From: Moniliella sp. 'wahieum' | Lineage: Eukaryota | Reading direction: 5' to 3' | Assembly (NCBI GenBank): GCA_003971905.1 | Contig: RSEE01000140.1 | Span: 62,001 to 126,000 of the forward strand | DNA: 64,000 bases | In this document: positions 14,016 through 28,429 of the stretch, piece after piece | How positions within the stretch are numbered: position 1 is the first letter of the stretch | Layout: each line of letters begins with the position of its first letter | Notes under the pieces: model-generated | The model's database searches: none | Seen by the model: only the letters and a program-made list of their open reading frames with translations | Told to the model about the DNA's origin: nothing | Program-made: the position numbers and the translations under genes

Positions 14016-14347
14016 AGGCACTCACTCGAGTGGCCGTTCGCATGGTTTTGGTGCGCACCAGAACCGGCAACCCAGGCCTCTCAGGTGCATAACTCTTCTC
14101 ATGGCTAGGGTTGGATGGTTTTGGTGCGCATTGAATCCGTTCGGCTGGTTATCGTTTGAGCGGCACATGTGGCGGGACTACTCCCGTTCCTCGTTGATCT
14201 CGATCATTGCGCGCGCCTGGGCTGACAGTATATAACCCACGTGCGACCGTGGCTCGGCATTGCGCTACCACATCCTCCGGCCCTCGACCGATCCACACTC
14301 CCAACCCACGTCCCCCCACCTTCTTCTTTACTCTTACCTCTATCAAA

Positions 14348-14850
14348 ATGTCTGGCGGCAAGTCTGGTGGCAAGTCTGGCGGCAAGGCGGGCGGTGCGTC
14401 CGGCTCCAAGGCTACTTCGCGCTCGGCCAAGGCCGGCCTGCAGTTCCCCGTCGGCCGTATCCACCGTCTTCTGCGCAAGGGCAACTACGCCCAGCGTGTC
14501 GGTGCTGGCGCCCCCGTCTACTTGGCGGCTGTGTTGGAGTACTTGACTGCCGAGATTCTCGAGCTTGCTGGCAACGCTGCCCGCGACAACAAGAAGAGCC
14601 GCGTGCGTTTTACCTCACCCCTGAGATATCTGAGATATCATCTCGTCCCCTGTTCCCTGTCACTGACTCGGCTCGTTTCCCTTTCAGATTGTGCCCCGTC
14701 ACCTCCAGCTTGCCATCCGCAACGACGAGGAGTTGAACAAACTTCTTGGTGGTGTGACCATCTCCCAAGGTGGTGTGCTTCCCCACATCAACCCCGAGCT
14801 GCTTCCCGCCAAGTCTGGCAAGAGCAAGAAGGCCTCGCAGGAGGGTGTAA
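14348..14850 (+). CDS. HTA1: Histone H2A with a C-terminal SQE motif
   Basis: [83 protein letters not shown]. Intron 14603-14687. Ends KKASQE(V)* if one extra G is removed. Confidence 0.98.
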
Positions 14851-15552
14851 AGGCGCCTTGACTTCGCTCCTGCCTGTATTGCACTTGTACACTAGGTTGT
14901 AATGCTACATCATCGAATCATCGTGTAACATGGCGAGCCTGCGTAGGGGTTTACTAGCTGTAGTGTTGGTTACTAGCATGAGCTTGAAGGGTCAGGCGTA
15001 TGCCCAACCACCCAGATCATTCTTGTCCTTCACCAGTGGAACATAGTATCAACAACTGTTGGACGCAAGTGCTATCATGCCACGAGTATCGGTGCACCAC
15101 TGCAGCAGGTTCCCCTCCAGCAGCCTCCACCTGTCAACGGCTTGTCCGTAACCCGGGCTGTATAACTCGGTGGGTGAGGGTTCATGCGATTCCCGTCCCC
15201 CGGTGTCAAAGGAAGACTGGTATACTATGCGCTCATACGGTGCAGATACTACTACTATGACAATGCCCAGAGTATCACGACAGGAGAAGTGGTACTTCTT
15301 CCCAGCCCAATCATTAAAACAATGGGACCGAATAGCGTCCTTTGACCGATGGCGCACGGGGAATGTCACGGGGCGACGTCTAAGCCACCTTGCACAGCCG
15401 CCTCCACTTCCTTATCGACTCTATCGCTTCTCGGCTTCTTTCCCCTTTACCCTTCTTCTAGACTCTCCGCTTCTAGAAGGAACACCTCTCGCTCAGCTCA
15501 CTCGCCCTCCCTCGCCCATCGGAGCACACCGCCTTCGCGTCAGCCCCTACAC

Positions 15553-15645
15553 ACGCAACCTCTGCTCGTGGACCGCTGCACCTCTCGCAACCTCTGCTTG
15601 CAGACCGCTGCACCTTTCGCAACCTCCGCTTGCAGACCGCTGCTC
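15553..15645 (+). repeat. 32-nt tandem repeat (two full copies plus partial copies) between H2A and H3
   Basis: gaccgctgcacctYtcgcaacctcYgcttgca starts at 15571 and 15603. Partial copies at 15553 and 15635. Confidence 0.8.
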
Positions 15646-16078
15646 AGGCTCTGCTCGACGCACCGCAAGGTACCACTCACGACCCTCCTTCGTTCACGCC
15701 AGTGAGCCTTGGACTTTGGATCTGACACGCGTTCAGTCCTCCGTGAGTACCCTCTCCGATGGGCAGGGAAGGTCTCCGCCTGGGAAGCCAGCCACCCCGT
15801 CACAGGAAAAGGTGATGTCTACCACGACTGCTTCCATTCCAATCCGAATCCATCTAGCGTCCACAAGTTCCAGTCCGTGATAACTGCCATGAACGTTGAA
15901 TGTTGAACCAGCATATGAGCATACCCTAGTTGCGCACCAGCAGTGGGTCTGATAGATGCACAATATGACTCGGCGATGCTCCGACTGGGATGAACTATGG
16001 ATGCATGGAAACAGGAGGCATAAATCTAGTGGTACAGAGGGGTACAGGGGGAGGATCAATGAGGGGAGGGGAAGGGGT

Positions 16079-16574
<496 letters not shown>

Positions 16575-16874
16575 ATTGAGATCACAAGTGAGAGAGTGAA
16601 GAGGAGGAAGAAAGGAACGGGGAAAGCTGGAAGATGTGGCGTTAAGATGAGGACCTGACCTCGGCCAGCTATAATAAGGGGGGCGGGGGCTGGACTCGCG
16701 TGGCGCAGAAACGATGGGCACATGCATGTCTTGTGCTGTTGGTTAAGCAGGCTGGGACGGATAGAAAAGGGACGAGCTACGCGCTTTGTGAACGCGTGAA
16801 CGTCATTGGGCAAAGCACCAGGGCAGCCACCCAATTCAACGAAATTTCAACCCCCACACACCGAGGGAGGATCG

Positions 16875-16902
16875 TGCATCATGCATCATTCATCATGCAT
16901 CG
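16875..16902. promoter_or_regulatory. (TGCATCA)x4 heptamer array in the H3/H4 bidirectional promoter
   Basis: tgcatca-tgcatca-ttcatca-tgcatcg, the reverse complement of the H2A/H2B array. A regulatory role is inferred. Confidence 0.6.
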
Positions 16903-17049
16903 GGGGCGTCCTGAGCACTGAGTGAGACTCGAGCAGGAAATTGAGACTGAGTGCTGGAGGCGGGTTGTGAACGCGTAGACTTGTGAACGTGTGAACGCCG
17001 GTACGAGAGAAAATATGCCCCGCCAGCACGCTCAACCAGGCGTATATAG

Positions 17050-17547
<498 letters not shown>

Positions 17548-17805
17548 ACGTCTTGCTGTACTTTGACTCTGTATTAGCACCCATACTGCACCACTACTAT
17601 GCACTGCGCCCCCCACGTGTCCCTTTCGTAGCCAGAAAGACGTGTTTTTCCCTGTATCCAGACAACTCGGGTACAGCATGCGTAGCATCAACACCCCGGT
17701 AGAGGTGGGGACGGCCCTCCCGAGCGCTAACTACCATCGCTGAGGCTCAGCGAGCTCAGCCCCATAATGAGGGAAGGGGGAAGGGAGTGGCTAACGTCAC
17801 ACGCT

Positions 17806-18584
17806 TCACGAAGCAAGGGGAAGTGAAGCCTGCATGGCAGCACAGATACCGAGGAAAACGAGGGTGGGCATGGCCCAGATGCCCAGAAAGAAAAAGGTGA
17901 CTGTCTCTCCGCCGCCTAAGGGGGTAGGGGAGGGCTGCCGATTGAGATGGCTGCACTGGGCTTGTCGTACAAGTCCCAGTCCAACCTGCCTCCCGGGAGC
18001 AAAGCGGATTGTACGCGTCCGGCTTGGAAGGCGGTCCACTGCCTGCGGCGTGCCGAAAGGGTATGAGCGGTCCAAAAGTGGGCGCTGACAGTCAAAGCGA
18101 ATGCAGCGTATGCCACCCATGATGGCAAAGGCGAATGCGAGGGCGAGTGCGAATGCGAGTGGGCGGACGTGCCCACGCCCGGTCCCGAGGGCCGGAGGTG
18201 CCGTTTGGTTCGCACCGCTCCCGAGGGCGCAAACGGCCACGTGGGATTGGACCGAACTAGGAGGAGGTGGATGAGCTGGGGAAAGGCATTGACTACCACC
18301 AGACTCCAGGGCAGTTGATCAGTCCAGTGCACGAGCAGAAGGAAGATGAGACTTGCCACGCCCAGTCTCGATGCCAGCCTGCGTGTCGCCTGGGCATGTG
18401 CCTCAATCAGCTCGCACAGCGCCTGGAGACTGTAAGCTGGATAAGAGAGAAGGGGTAGGAAGTGGGTCAGTCGTTGTGTGCACTACGATACGACAAGCGG
18501 GACAGGGGACGAACCAATGCATGCGATCGAAGATAGGCCAGCGGCGACGCCGGCAGGATAGCTTAAGACGGCGAGGAGGCCCAT
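17806..18584 (-). CDS. Erv26/Svp26 (TEX261)-family ER-exit membrane adaptor
   Basis: Spliced (intron 18437-18514) MGLLAVLSYPAGVAAGLSSIACIAYSLQALCELIEAHAQATRRL resembles the Svp26 pattern ..LYYISELVEEH..TRR. Further hydrophobic helices and a C-terminal FFFLGIWAMPTLVFLGICA..LP. Confidence 0.65.
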
Positions 18585-19112
18585 GCGCTCTCAGCGCTAC
18601 CAAGAAAGGGGAGGGAAGGTGGGGCAGAATGAGAAACAGGTGGTGAGGTGAATGTCGTAATAACCTGCTCAAATCATCGAAAGGACACGGACTGTCGTGG
18701 TGTGGATGGCAGGACCTGCGGTGGTGGTGGACCAACCTGCGAAAGCCCAAAGTAGATCCAACGTGGCAATTTCAAGCCGCCCGACTGCCTCTCCGCAATT
18801 CATTTTTCCACTTCCGCCGAACCAAAGTCGACATCGATATACCACGTCTCATCTCGATGCAGCCAGCAAAGACAAAAAAGAAGAGGGCTGTACGCAATGA
18901 GAGGCGTATGCCTAAACACCCTACGAACACGAGGGAATGGGATCCTCTCTTTCTGGGCAAACTGCCACGCTCTCCCCCTCCAAACGGACTTCGTCAGCGC
19001 TGGAACAACCAGTATAGCAAACGTGCAATAATAAGACTAAGCTTCTGATCTTCGCATAGAAGGACAGAATTGGGTTCCGCTGGCTGTGTTTCAGGGATCG
19101 AACGGTCTAGCA

Positions 19113-19140
19113 TCAAGCTTCAAGCTTCAAGCTTCAAGCG
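19113..19140 (+). repeat. (TCAAGCT)x4 heptamer array
   Basis: tcaagct-tcaagct-tcaagct-tcaagcg read directly from the sequence. Confidence 0.9.
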
Positions 19141-19355
19141 CCTGAGACCACCTGGATGGCGCTGTGGTTAGCATACATATTCACCATGACCGAGAGCCAA
19201 CGGTCAAAGACCGTTTGGACCTGCAGATGAGGAAGGGCGAATTGTCATGATAGGAATTCTAGGATTTAGCGCCCGTAGGAGAAGGTAAAGGGGGAAGAAA
19301 ATGAGCATTGGACATGTCCGCAGAAGGCGAAAATGGGGGAGGGAGGATGGAACGA

Positions 19356-21217
19356 TCATGAGTCCATGGGGGAGATGTCATCGACACTTGCGTTCCTCTC
19401 AGGTGCAGGAAGGGAATGCGCCAAAGACAGGGTCTTGATGGGAGATGCGTGCCTCTCGACGTTCATAGCTCCCGGCTTAGGGGCCGGGGAAGGAGACCTC
19501 ATCGCTGGGACATTGTCCTCCATAGTGTCGGCTCCAACCTGGGGCTGCTTCGAGAGCGTGGGAGACAACTTGGGCCGACTTGCGGGGACGGCGGGATCGG
19601 GACGAAGAAGACGGGGGCCGTCTACGCGCTAGGCTCACAGCCAGAGGGACATCATCGTCCTCACTGTCACTCTCCCTAATCTCTTGGGACGGATGTTGAA
19701 GTTCGTCCTCTTCGTCTTCCATCTGGTTCACGCCTCGGCGTGACCGGGACTTAGCCGATTTTGCTTTGGACGCCCGTTTGCCCGAGGTAGACGTAGACGT
19801 AGAAGCCCGCAAGCGTGCCCCTTGCTCCGCCGATTCGGTACCCTCCTGCTCCGAGCCGCGCCCAAAGGGAGTTCCTCGATGACGGAAGCTAAAGGCACGG
19901 AAGGTGCCTGTGGCGTACACCCGCCTCCCCTCCAAAGGGCGCTGGCGGCCACAGGTTTGAGCATGCTTCCGCAGCAACTCGGGGGAGACGTGGGAGTAGG
20001 TGCAGTCCATCATGGGACAGTGAAAATTGCCATCCTCAGCCCGCTCTACTACATTCTCCAACAAGTTTGTCCTTCGGGGCGCAGGGGGAAAACGAGTTGC
20101 CGAATATGGGTTTGGTGATGGAGCCTCCGATGAGCACGCAATTGTCCTTTCGTCGCAAATACTTGGGCGCAGGCCAGCACGGGGCACTGGCACCTTTCTC
20201 CAGCCCTTCGCCACATACGCTTTCGCTTAAGTGGCTGTGGGGGAGTTGTGCGGGCGCAGGAACCAACGTGGCTGGAGCTGTCACCTGCTTCGAAGGACGT
20301 GAAGCAGATGTCTTTCGTTTGCGATGGGAAGAAGGACGGGTAAGTCCCTCGTCGTCCGGGTCGAGCTCATCATCGTCCATCGCATCGCTGGCCTCGTCCG
20401 AAGACCCGCCCAACTCGTCCGCAGACGATTCGGGCTCAGCCTTGATCGACACTGGATTGTGCAAAGGCGAGGCGGGGAAGGAGACGTTGTGCAAACCATC
20501 TGCATGGTCCGATGCCATAGCACTGTGTCCAGGTGACAGAGGCAAGGCTGAGGCCATTGAGGCAGCTTGGGCCAGTTGATCCAACCCATCCGTGTGTGTA
20601 CCCGCCGAAGACGGCCGAACGCCAGCCCGGGAATGTGCGGCTTGAAAGGAATGGAGTAGGTTGTCTGATGCAGATGGGGTACCACTGGCGTGCCGACGTC
20701 GCTGGAGGCTGAGGCGGATGCACGGCGGTCACCCGACATGGCTGGATCTAGCGGGGGTGACGCTGGGTCTTGGAGAGGCGGGGCTTGGTCGTTAGGAGGG
20801 GGTTGGGTGCCAGGTATGGCGCCGTGGGCATTGGCTACAGGGTTGGTGGATGGGCGCATGGCAGGATGGAGCTTGCGTGGGTCGGAGGGGAGGAGAGGGT
20901 GTTGGGGTGCGGCGCTGGCAATGCAAGTCGCGGGCAGAAGGGGAGAAGGCGTAGCAGAGGCGGACGTGCGGGTGGAGGCTGGATATGTAGTTGGTGTGGT
21001 AGGTGCATCCGATCCAGGGGCAGAACCATGGGTCCTCCTCGCGGGTGCGGAGGATGGTGATGCTGGTGCCGCCCTGGGCGTCGCGGAGACGGAGGGTGGT
21101 CTGGAGCTGGTGGAGACGCATGTGGCCGCGGCGGCGGGAGACGTTGTCGAAGCGGAGGGAGCAGTGGTGGCACTTGAGTGCGAGTATGCCCGGGCGGGTG
21201 GGGGTGGGCGGATCCAT
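19356..21217 (-). CDS. C2H2/C2HC zinc-finger protein of unknown function
   Basis: Fingers CHHCSLRFDNVSRRRGHMRLH, CPWIGCTYHTNYISSLHPHVRLC and CPMMDCTYSHVSPELLRKHAQTC. Acidic and basic (HRKRK) linkers across frameshifted ORFs. Both ends are approximate. Confidence 0.7.
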
Positions 21218-21891
21218 GGTAGGGTACGTGTGAGGAGGAGGAGGAGGGGTGGTGGTGGTGGCAGTGGTGTCGGTGGTGTGGCGGTGGTGGTGGAGGCGGT
21301 GGCGATGGCGATGGCGATGGCAGGGGCAATGGCAGTGGCGCTGGCAATGGCTGCTGCGGCGGAGGGGCGGGTGGGCTCCGCCACTGGGCTCACATGCACA
21401 TGCAATCCAATCCAATATTCATGCAGTGCCGCGGCGAAAAAATCCAGACGCAAAGAGTGAAATTGCAAGCGCACTCAGCACGCGGGCGCTCTGGACGCAT
21501 GTCTGGTTGGGCCTCGCGTGCCTAGCGCCCAACCCTGCCTGACGTTGCAAACGTCCAGCTGCCGGTGGGGTCCCCGCCTGTCCCAACCCCAGCCTGTCCA
21601 CGCGCCGGCTCACCGACCATCGCGTCCTCTGGCGCACCCCACGGTGTGGTGACTGAACGCCATCGACATGCAATGGACGGTGAGTACGCTGCGTACGCTG
21701 CGTACGCTCTGCGCCTGACAGGCCGCCGACAGCTTGTCAACGCCAACAGTCCCTCCGCCATCCTCCCCCGCTGACTCACCTGTGCGTCAATCTCACGCGT
21801 CACGCGTCACACGTCAATAGTCAACCGCAGCATCACGTGATGCACCGTCCCCCCTCTTCTCCGCTGCGGCTCGCTTATATCCACGCCCACC

Positions 21892-24058
21892 ATGTCGCTC
21901 GGCCGCCAGCGCCTGCAAGCGCTCATCCTCGAGGTCCTCGGCTCCCAGCCGTCCCTGCGCGACAGCAAGCCCTACCTCAATGCCTTCGGGCCCAGGCCAG
22001 CCGGCGCCGCGCCGCCCGGCCCCGTCCCCATGGGCGATGCGTCGGGCATCGGCGGCGCACAGGAACACGTTGCGCTCGTCAAGATCCAGGGCCCCTTACC
22101 ACCCGCCAGCTCAGCAGCATTGCCGAGGGCATGGCCTACCTCAAGCGCCTCGGCCTCATCAGCATCATCGTCGTCGACAGCCAGGCCTGGGGCCATCCGC
22201 CCGTGCGCTTCCAGCAGGACGGCACCCCGCTCCTGTCCCCAGCCAGCATCGAGGACCACGAGTTCCGTGCCTGGCAGCGCGCTGCCGGCGGCGCCGCCAG
22301 CTCTTCCGCCCCCCTCCATGTGGCCATCCAAGAAAGCTTGCGGCGCCGCATGCTCGCCCAGACCTTCCGTGTGGCTCAGATGCTTTCCGAACAAGGCGCC
22401 CATGCCGCCCGTTTCCCTATGCCATCCTGCGCGTCAACCCCCAGGCTGCGCAGGCCAGCAGGGCAGCCCTGGCAGACATTGCGCCTGGGCACATGCCCTT
22501 CCTCCCGTGCCCTCCGTTTCACCGGACGAGGTGCACCTTCGCCCTTGGTAGCCGACGATGGGTTGCATTCCTTGCGCAATGCTTTGCTCAGTGACGCCAT
22601 CCCCGTCTTGCCGCCCCTCGCGCTCTATTCGGATGCCAACGGTGGGCCCCAAACGGTCGCAGTGTCTGCCAATGACTTTTTGCCCAACTTGGCTCGCGAG
22701 ATGAGTCTGGCCGGCTGGCGTGCCGCCTCGACAGAGCAAGGCCAGGCAGTCGGAACGGACGCAGCGACGGGGTTGCTGGACGATGTGGACATGACACCGG
22801 TGCGTTTGATGATGATCAATCGTCAAGGTGGCATTCCTTCGCATGCGCGTGGTGGCTTCCCTCACCTATCCATCAACTTGGCCTCCGAGTACGATTCGAT
22901 CCAGAGCAGCTTTGTCTGGCGCCAGTCCCATCCCACGTCGCTGGAAGAACTGCGGCTGGCACGGGACTGTTTGGCAGTAATGCCGCCTTCGAGCAGCGCG
23001 ATTGTGGTTTCCCACCGTTCGCCACGTAGTTTGATTGCCAACTTGATCACCAACAAAGCACCGCACTCTCCCTCGCTCCCGCACCGTCTCTTGGCCGCGC
23101 GTCAAGATGTTGCCCATACACCGACGATCATTCGCCGCGGCCTGGCAATCCGCGTGATCCAAGAGTTTGACCAAGTCGACTGGGACCGGATGCAAACGCT
23201 GCTCGAGGCGTCCTTTGGTCGCACCTTGCTCCGCGACGCCTACCTCGCCCGGCTCCGCGACTGTCTCGATTTTGTCCTGGTCACAGGGGATTATGAGGGA
23301 GGTGCGATTGTGACGCGCGAATGGGCACCGGGGAGAACAAGGCGGAAGTGAAACCGATTGCCTACTTGGACAAGTTTGCCGTCCTGCCCCGTCTGCAGGG
23401 GAGTGGTGTGGGGACTTTTTGTGGGGTGCGCTGCGGGACGAGGTGCACGGGGCCGGGCTGTTGGATGCGTTGAATCAAAACGGAGGCCTGAATGGGTTTG
23501 GAGTGGGACGGGACCTGGTGTGGAAGTCGAGAGCCAACAACCCTGTGAATCGGTGGTACTATGAGCGCAGCAACGGCTTTATCAAGATTGACACGCGTCC
23601 TGCTGCACTCAAGGCCGCCTCGCCCACGCCCAAGTTGGACTGGGCCATGTTCTGGTGCGACTCGGAACAACGCTTGGCCGCCATGGGAGAAGAGATGCGC
23701 GCCCTGCTGCCACGGCGGTCGATGCCATGCGAGATATGATGGATGCCGATGGGGTGACTGCGTTGGATCCTCCAGTTGGTCGAGATGACGACTATCTGTC
23801 ACCTTCGGCATCATTGGCTCACACTGCCGGCTCCACTCGGTTGGTCCACCGGCCCTCGCATGCGTATGCTCAGGACCGGGGTGAAGGCCCGGATCAGGGT
23901 CGCCATGCCAATCCGGCCGGCGGGTTGGACCGTCTGACTCCTGTGGATCCCCTGGCCGCGCGCCTGCTCTTTTGCCTGTCGTCGCGCTCAGCGAACAAGG
24001 CCGTCTGGAGCGCTGGGTGGCCGCCTTGTCCCAGATCCCATCAGCTTGGGCAGCTTGA
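21892..24058 (+). CDS. ARG2: Mitochondrial amino-acid (N-acetylglutamate) acetyltransferase
   Basis: LILEVLGSQPSLRDSKPYL, HVALVKIQGP, INRQGGIPSHARGGFPHLSINLASEY and SLIANLITNK. NAT domain IAYLDKFAVLP..LWGALRDE..LVWKSRANNPVNRWYYERSNG. Ends QIPSAWAA*. Confidence 0.9.
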
Positions 24059-24483
24059 TCGTCGAGCTCGCACATACCTACATTCTTTTTCACTTTATTG
24101 GGCCGTGTTCCTCCTAACCCATCCCCCCATTCTTTCCTCCTTCCCACTTTCCCTCCGTCACCCCTTCGCTGGTCTTATTGCATACATCTGTCTTTCCCCT
24201 CCATGTCAAATGAAACCAACCCCACGAAACGATGCAATTTCTCGTACTATACGCAAGGTCTATTCAGGGCTATCGACGAAATAGCGTCGATGGGAGAAAG
24301 GTCCATCCATCCACGTAGAAAAGGGAAAGGAAGAGCCCGATCCAACTGAACAAAGCACAAAGGGGAGCAATCGCAAAATGAGGGCAAGTACAGTGGGGGA
24401 GGGAGTGCTCGATGAACGTGGATGAGGCGCACATCACGTCCGAGCCGAAAGCTAGACCATCAAGGTTTCAGACGCGGAGACGA

Positions 24484-27039
24484 TCACAGAAAGTTGAGGG
24501 CGGCCAAGAGCTTGTCAGCAGGGTCGTCATCCAACCGAGCCATCTCAATTTCGGAGATGAGCTTCTTGATTCCAATTTGTAGCGGCTTCTGGGTGCCCAG
24601 TCCAGCCTGGTTGAGGAGCGCCATGCACCGCGCCTGTTCCTCCTCCGTTTCAAACAGCGAGGTAGCACGCAGCACATGGTCCACCTCGCGCAGCGACTCG
24701 ATTGACGGGACAGAGATGTCAGCGTAGAAGGATTGAGCAATCTCCATTTCCTCCAGCATGGGCTTGTTGCTAGAGGTGACAAGGACCAACAGGCGCTTGT
24801 CCTTGGGCGGACGACGGGTCAACAGGACCGACAATGCCTGCAGCACCGTATTTTGGAAACGAGGGCCAATGGGAACCCATTCAATCAGCTTCTCAAACCC
24901 ATCCACCACAATCACCGACAAGGGCGATTTGTAGGCATCGTTGAATACCTTATTGATGTGCTGCACCTTGGCCGGCTCGTTCATGCCAACCATGTGTTCC
25001 GGGGAGATGATCTGGATAAAGGGGAAATCACTTTGCAGCGCAATCGTTGCCGCCAGCGCGGTCTTACCACTACCGACAGGGCCGTGGAGTAAGGCGGCGG
25101 TGACCAGGGGAGTACGCGAACTCTGCCGCACTTGTGCCACACGTAGCGCACCATCCCGCAAAATGGCGTCCACGTGGGGAGCAAACTTCATGATGCCGTT
25201 GGCCACGACCGCCTGCAAGTCGTCCTCCGACACACCAAACGCAGGATGCACTTCATCGAGTGCATGGAAAAAGTCGTCACGGTTCACCCGCATGTTCTCT
25301 ACATCGTCCGAGATCCCCGCCGTGGTGCCGACCTTGACATGACGATTGAACGCAAACGAAGTGGCGCTCTTGACCAGCCCAGCAATTTCGGCACCAGAGA
25401 AATTCTTGGTGAGTGCGGCCAGTTCGCCTATATCCACATCGTCGTCCATCACGCCGTTTTAGTCATCTGGGCGGTTTGGATGTTGAGAATTTGAACGCGT
25501 CCGTGTTCGTCGGGCAGACTGATCTCCACCGGCACCTCCAGACGACCGGGACGCAGAAGAGCTTCATCAATCATGTCCAGACGGTTGGTCATACCAATGA
25601 TGAGGATGTTGTTGAGTTGATTCACACCGTCCATCTTGGACAGCAGCTGGTTCACCACCGAGTCACCCACGCCAGTGCGCCACCCGTCGTACCACGCTGC
25701 TTGCAAACAGCATCCAGTTCATCAAAGATGATGATGTGCAGCCCGAGTCATCTCCCTTTCCTTGTACTCCTTTTCAGCGTCGGCAAAGAGCTTGCGAATG
25801 TTCTCTTCACTTGCACCCACGTACTGTTGAGGATTTCGGGACCGTTAACGATTTTCGGCTCCCGTGCGTTGAGCATTTTGCCAATCTGGCGCGCAAGCAA
25901 CGTCTTGCCAGTACCCGGGGGACCGTACAGGATAATACCCTTGACATGTTGGATGCCCAGCTTCTCAACCAGAGCAGGCGGGAAAGATACGCGAGGCGAA
26001 TGCGCGACGGAAGATTTGAGAAAACTCCTCATCCAGACCACCGACGCCCATGTCCTCAAATTTGAAGTTGGGCTGCAAAATGGCATTGGGGGGCGCACGC
26101 TTGGAGTTGCCGCGCGCTTCAGAGGGCTGTTCTGGGCCTTGGCGTAGGAAAGCGACGTTTCTGGCACCAAGATGCCGCGGAACGAATTGGGCGAAGCAGC
26201 GGTGGCTGCTGCAGAAGGCTTCTCCAACATCGCCGCATCCACCACATGGACAGCTTTGACCACGAGCAACAACTGCTGGCCATGGAACTCTTGCACCAGC
26301 TCCTGGCCAACAGAGAAGACGTGACCGTAAACAGACGCAAAAAAAAAATGCTTGCCAACTCGTCAGTGCTGTATGGCTAACGTTCTCGACCCCGCGGGCA
26401 AGGAAACTGGCTTCAAAGTCAATTCCACCAAGGTAAATTTGACCGCCGTCAGAACGAGGGTCATACGGTGTGACCGAAACGGCTTGGCCAATGCTTAGAC
26501 GAGCCCAGCGACGCTGGAGCATGGCCACACCGATCGTACCTGGTGCAACAGTGCCGGTGCGGTCCATACTGCAAGTGCAAGCGAGGAGGTCAGTGTGGGG
26601 TCTGGCGCAAAAGGGCGGGGGGGGGGAGAGGAGTAGTACACAGCGGTGAGTGAAGGCGAAGTTGCGGTCGATGACAACATATTTCGTGTCGTGCCTCGTT
26701 GGGGTTGAGGACAATGCAGTTGGAAAGGGTGTAGTCTTGGGCGAAGTAGAGACGTGTAACCACCAACGCTAGAAGAGTGGTAGGAGCTCTTCTACGAGGG
26801 TAGTCCTGATAACGGCGCAGGAGCAGGTGCTCCCCGTGGAGGGAGAGACGGAGAGCAGAAGGCGCATAACCTGACGCGGGCGTACCCAGTAGGAGCGTAC
26901 CCGGCACCGCGGGGAGGCGGTGGGGGGCGCGGCCGGCTACGCATATGCGGACCGGTCGCTGGTGGGGGGGCACGGGGGCCGGCAGAGCGCCCGCCATATG
27001 CGGAGCGGTCGCCGCCACTCCACGAAGGAATCCAGCCAT
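24484..27039 (-). CDS. SEC18: Vesicle-fusing AAA+ ATPase NSF/Sec18
   Basis: [82 protein letters not shown] and [13 protein letters not shown]2 Walker [15 protein letters not shown]. Short introns in the N-domain. Confidence 0.97.
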
Positions 27040-28429
27040 GGTGTGAGAAGAAGGGAAAGGAGGACGGAGGAAGCAGTTGGTGGCGGGCGTGGCGGGGGTA
27101 GTAGTGGTGGTGGCGGGGGTGGATGCCAGTCAGCCAATGGCCGTCGTGCTGTTGCCACGTAATGCCACCAGCAAAGCGAGGGGCGTGGCGCATGCGTATT
27201 ACGTCACCACGAGCTGAGCAGCTGTGGTTATTAAACTTTCACCCACAGCGAGGCAGTCGAGGGCGGCATTACGTGGTTACGCGATTGCGTTCCCGTGCAA
27301 GCGTTGCGTCGCAGTCGCATTCACGATCGGTGATCGACACACCACGATCTTTTCCTCGATGCAATTTCTGCCCCAAAACGCCTCTCCAACTCTGTGCGCC
27401 AATGGAGCTTGGAGCGAGGGAAGCAGCCATTGCGAACCCCGCACCCGCAAAACGCCGAGAAAGCGGCTGGGCAGTGTTGAACGCGCCGAGTACTACGTTC
27501 TCGACGCTTGAAGCTTTGGAAGAGAGCGTTGATGGCAGCGTTGTTATAGCGGACTACACCTGCCCTCACGCGCTCAGGGAGCGAGCAGCCTCGAGTCTCA
27601 CGATTCATTGGTAGAACTGCGCCGCGTCTCTTGCTCCATGTACATCGCTGTTGCTCGCAGCCATCGATCATTCCCTCATCATCGTCATCGGCGCGTCATT
27701 CTGCGTCATCCCTCGCTCCTCCATACTCCACACTCGCCCCCGCAGTCTATAAGGTCCCAATAGCGGAGATCGATGACAGAGACACCCGGAGAGGCGGGGT
27801 GGGTATGTAGAGTGCATACCAGAAGCTGCCCAGGCCTCAGGCCTCGAGCTTCAAGGCCTCAGGCCTCAAAGTAAGGCGAGAAGAGCGTCTTGACGCCCAA
27901 TATGCCCCCGGGGGTTGGAGCCTGGGGAGGTCGTGCTTGTTGGAGAGAGGCTTGAGCCATGCACAGACAATTTTGATCCGGGGTGTGTGGCTGGGTACGG
28001 TAACCGATGGCAGTGATAGCCGTGAAGGGTGCCGGGGATGTCCGATGCACCTTGCACACCTGAGCACAACTCCACCCACACTGTACCCCAGTCTGTGGAA
28101 TCTGGCAACTAGTACTCCGAGCGATGTATATCAATATGCCGTCTCTCAACTGCATTCTAGTGTGCCCTTCTCTTCATTCCCCCGTACTTTCACCCACTCA
28201 TCTTCGTTTCCCATAGCATTCCCACTGTCACCACATGTCTCTTTCCAACGCCGCTCCGGACTTGATACAACAACACCGGATCCTCTTCGCGCCAGAGATC
28301 CTTCCATCCACTCTGTCCCGTCCGTCCCCTGGCTTACCTTCAATCCAGGACGAGACGGAGCCAGCTCAGAAAGAATGCCTTCCAAGAAGAATCCCACCAT
28401 CCTCCACCCCGGCCGGGCCGATATTGAGC

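Noticed and set aside
15553..15645. CRISPR-like array (32-nt repeats)
   Set aside because: The repeats are directly adjacent with no spacers, the context is eukaryotic, and no cas genes are present.
27123..27614. Possible small gene between SEC18 and the GT90 gene
   Set aside because: No recognisable motif and no convincing start or splice structure, so it was left uncalled.
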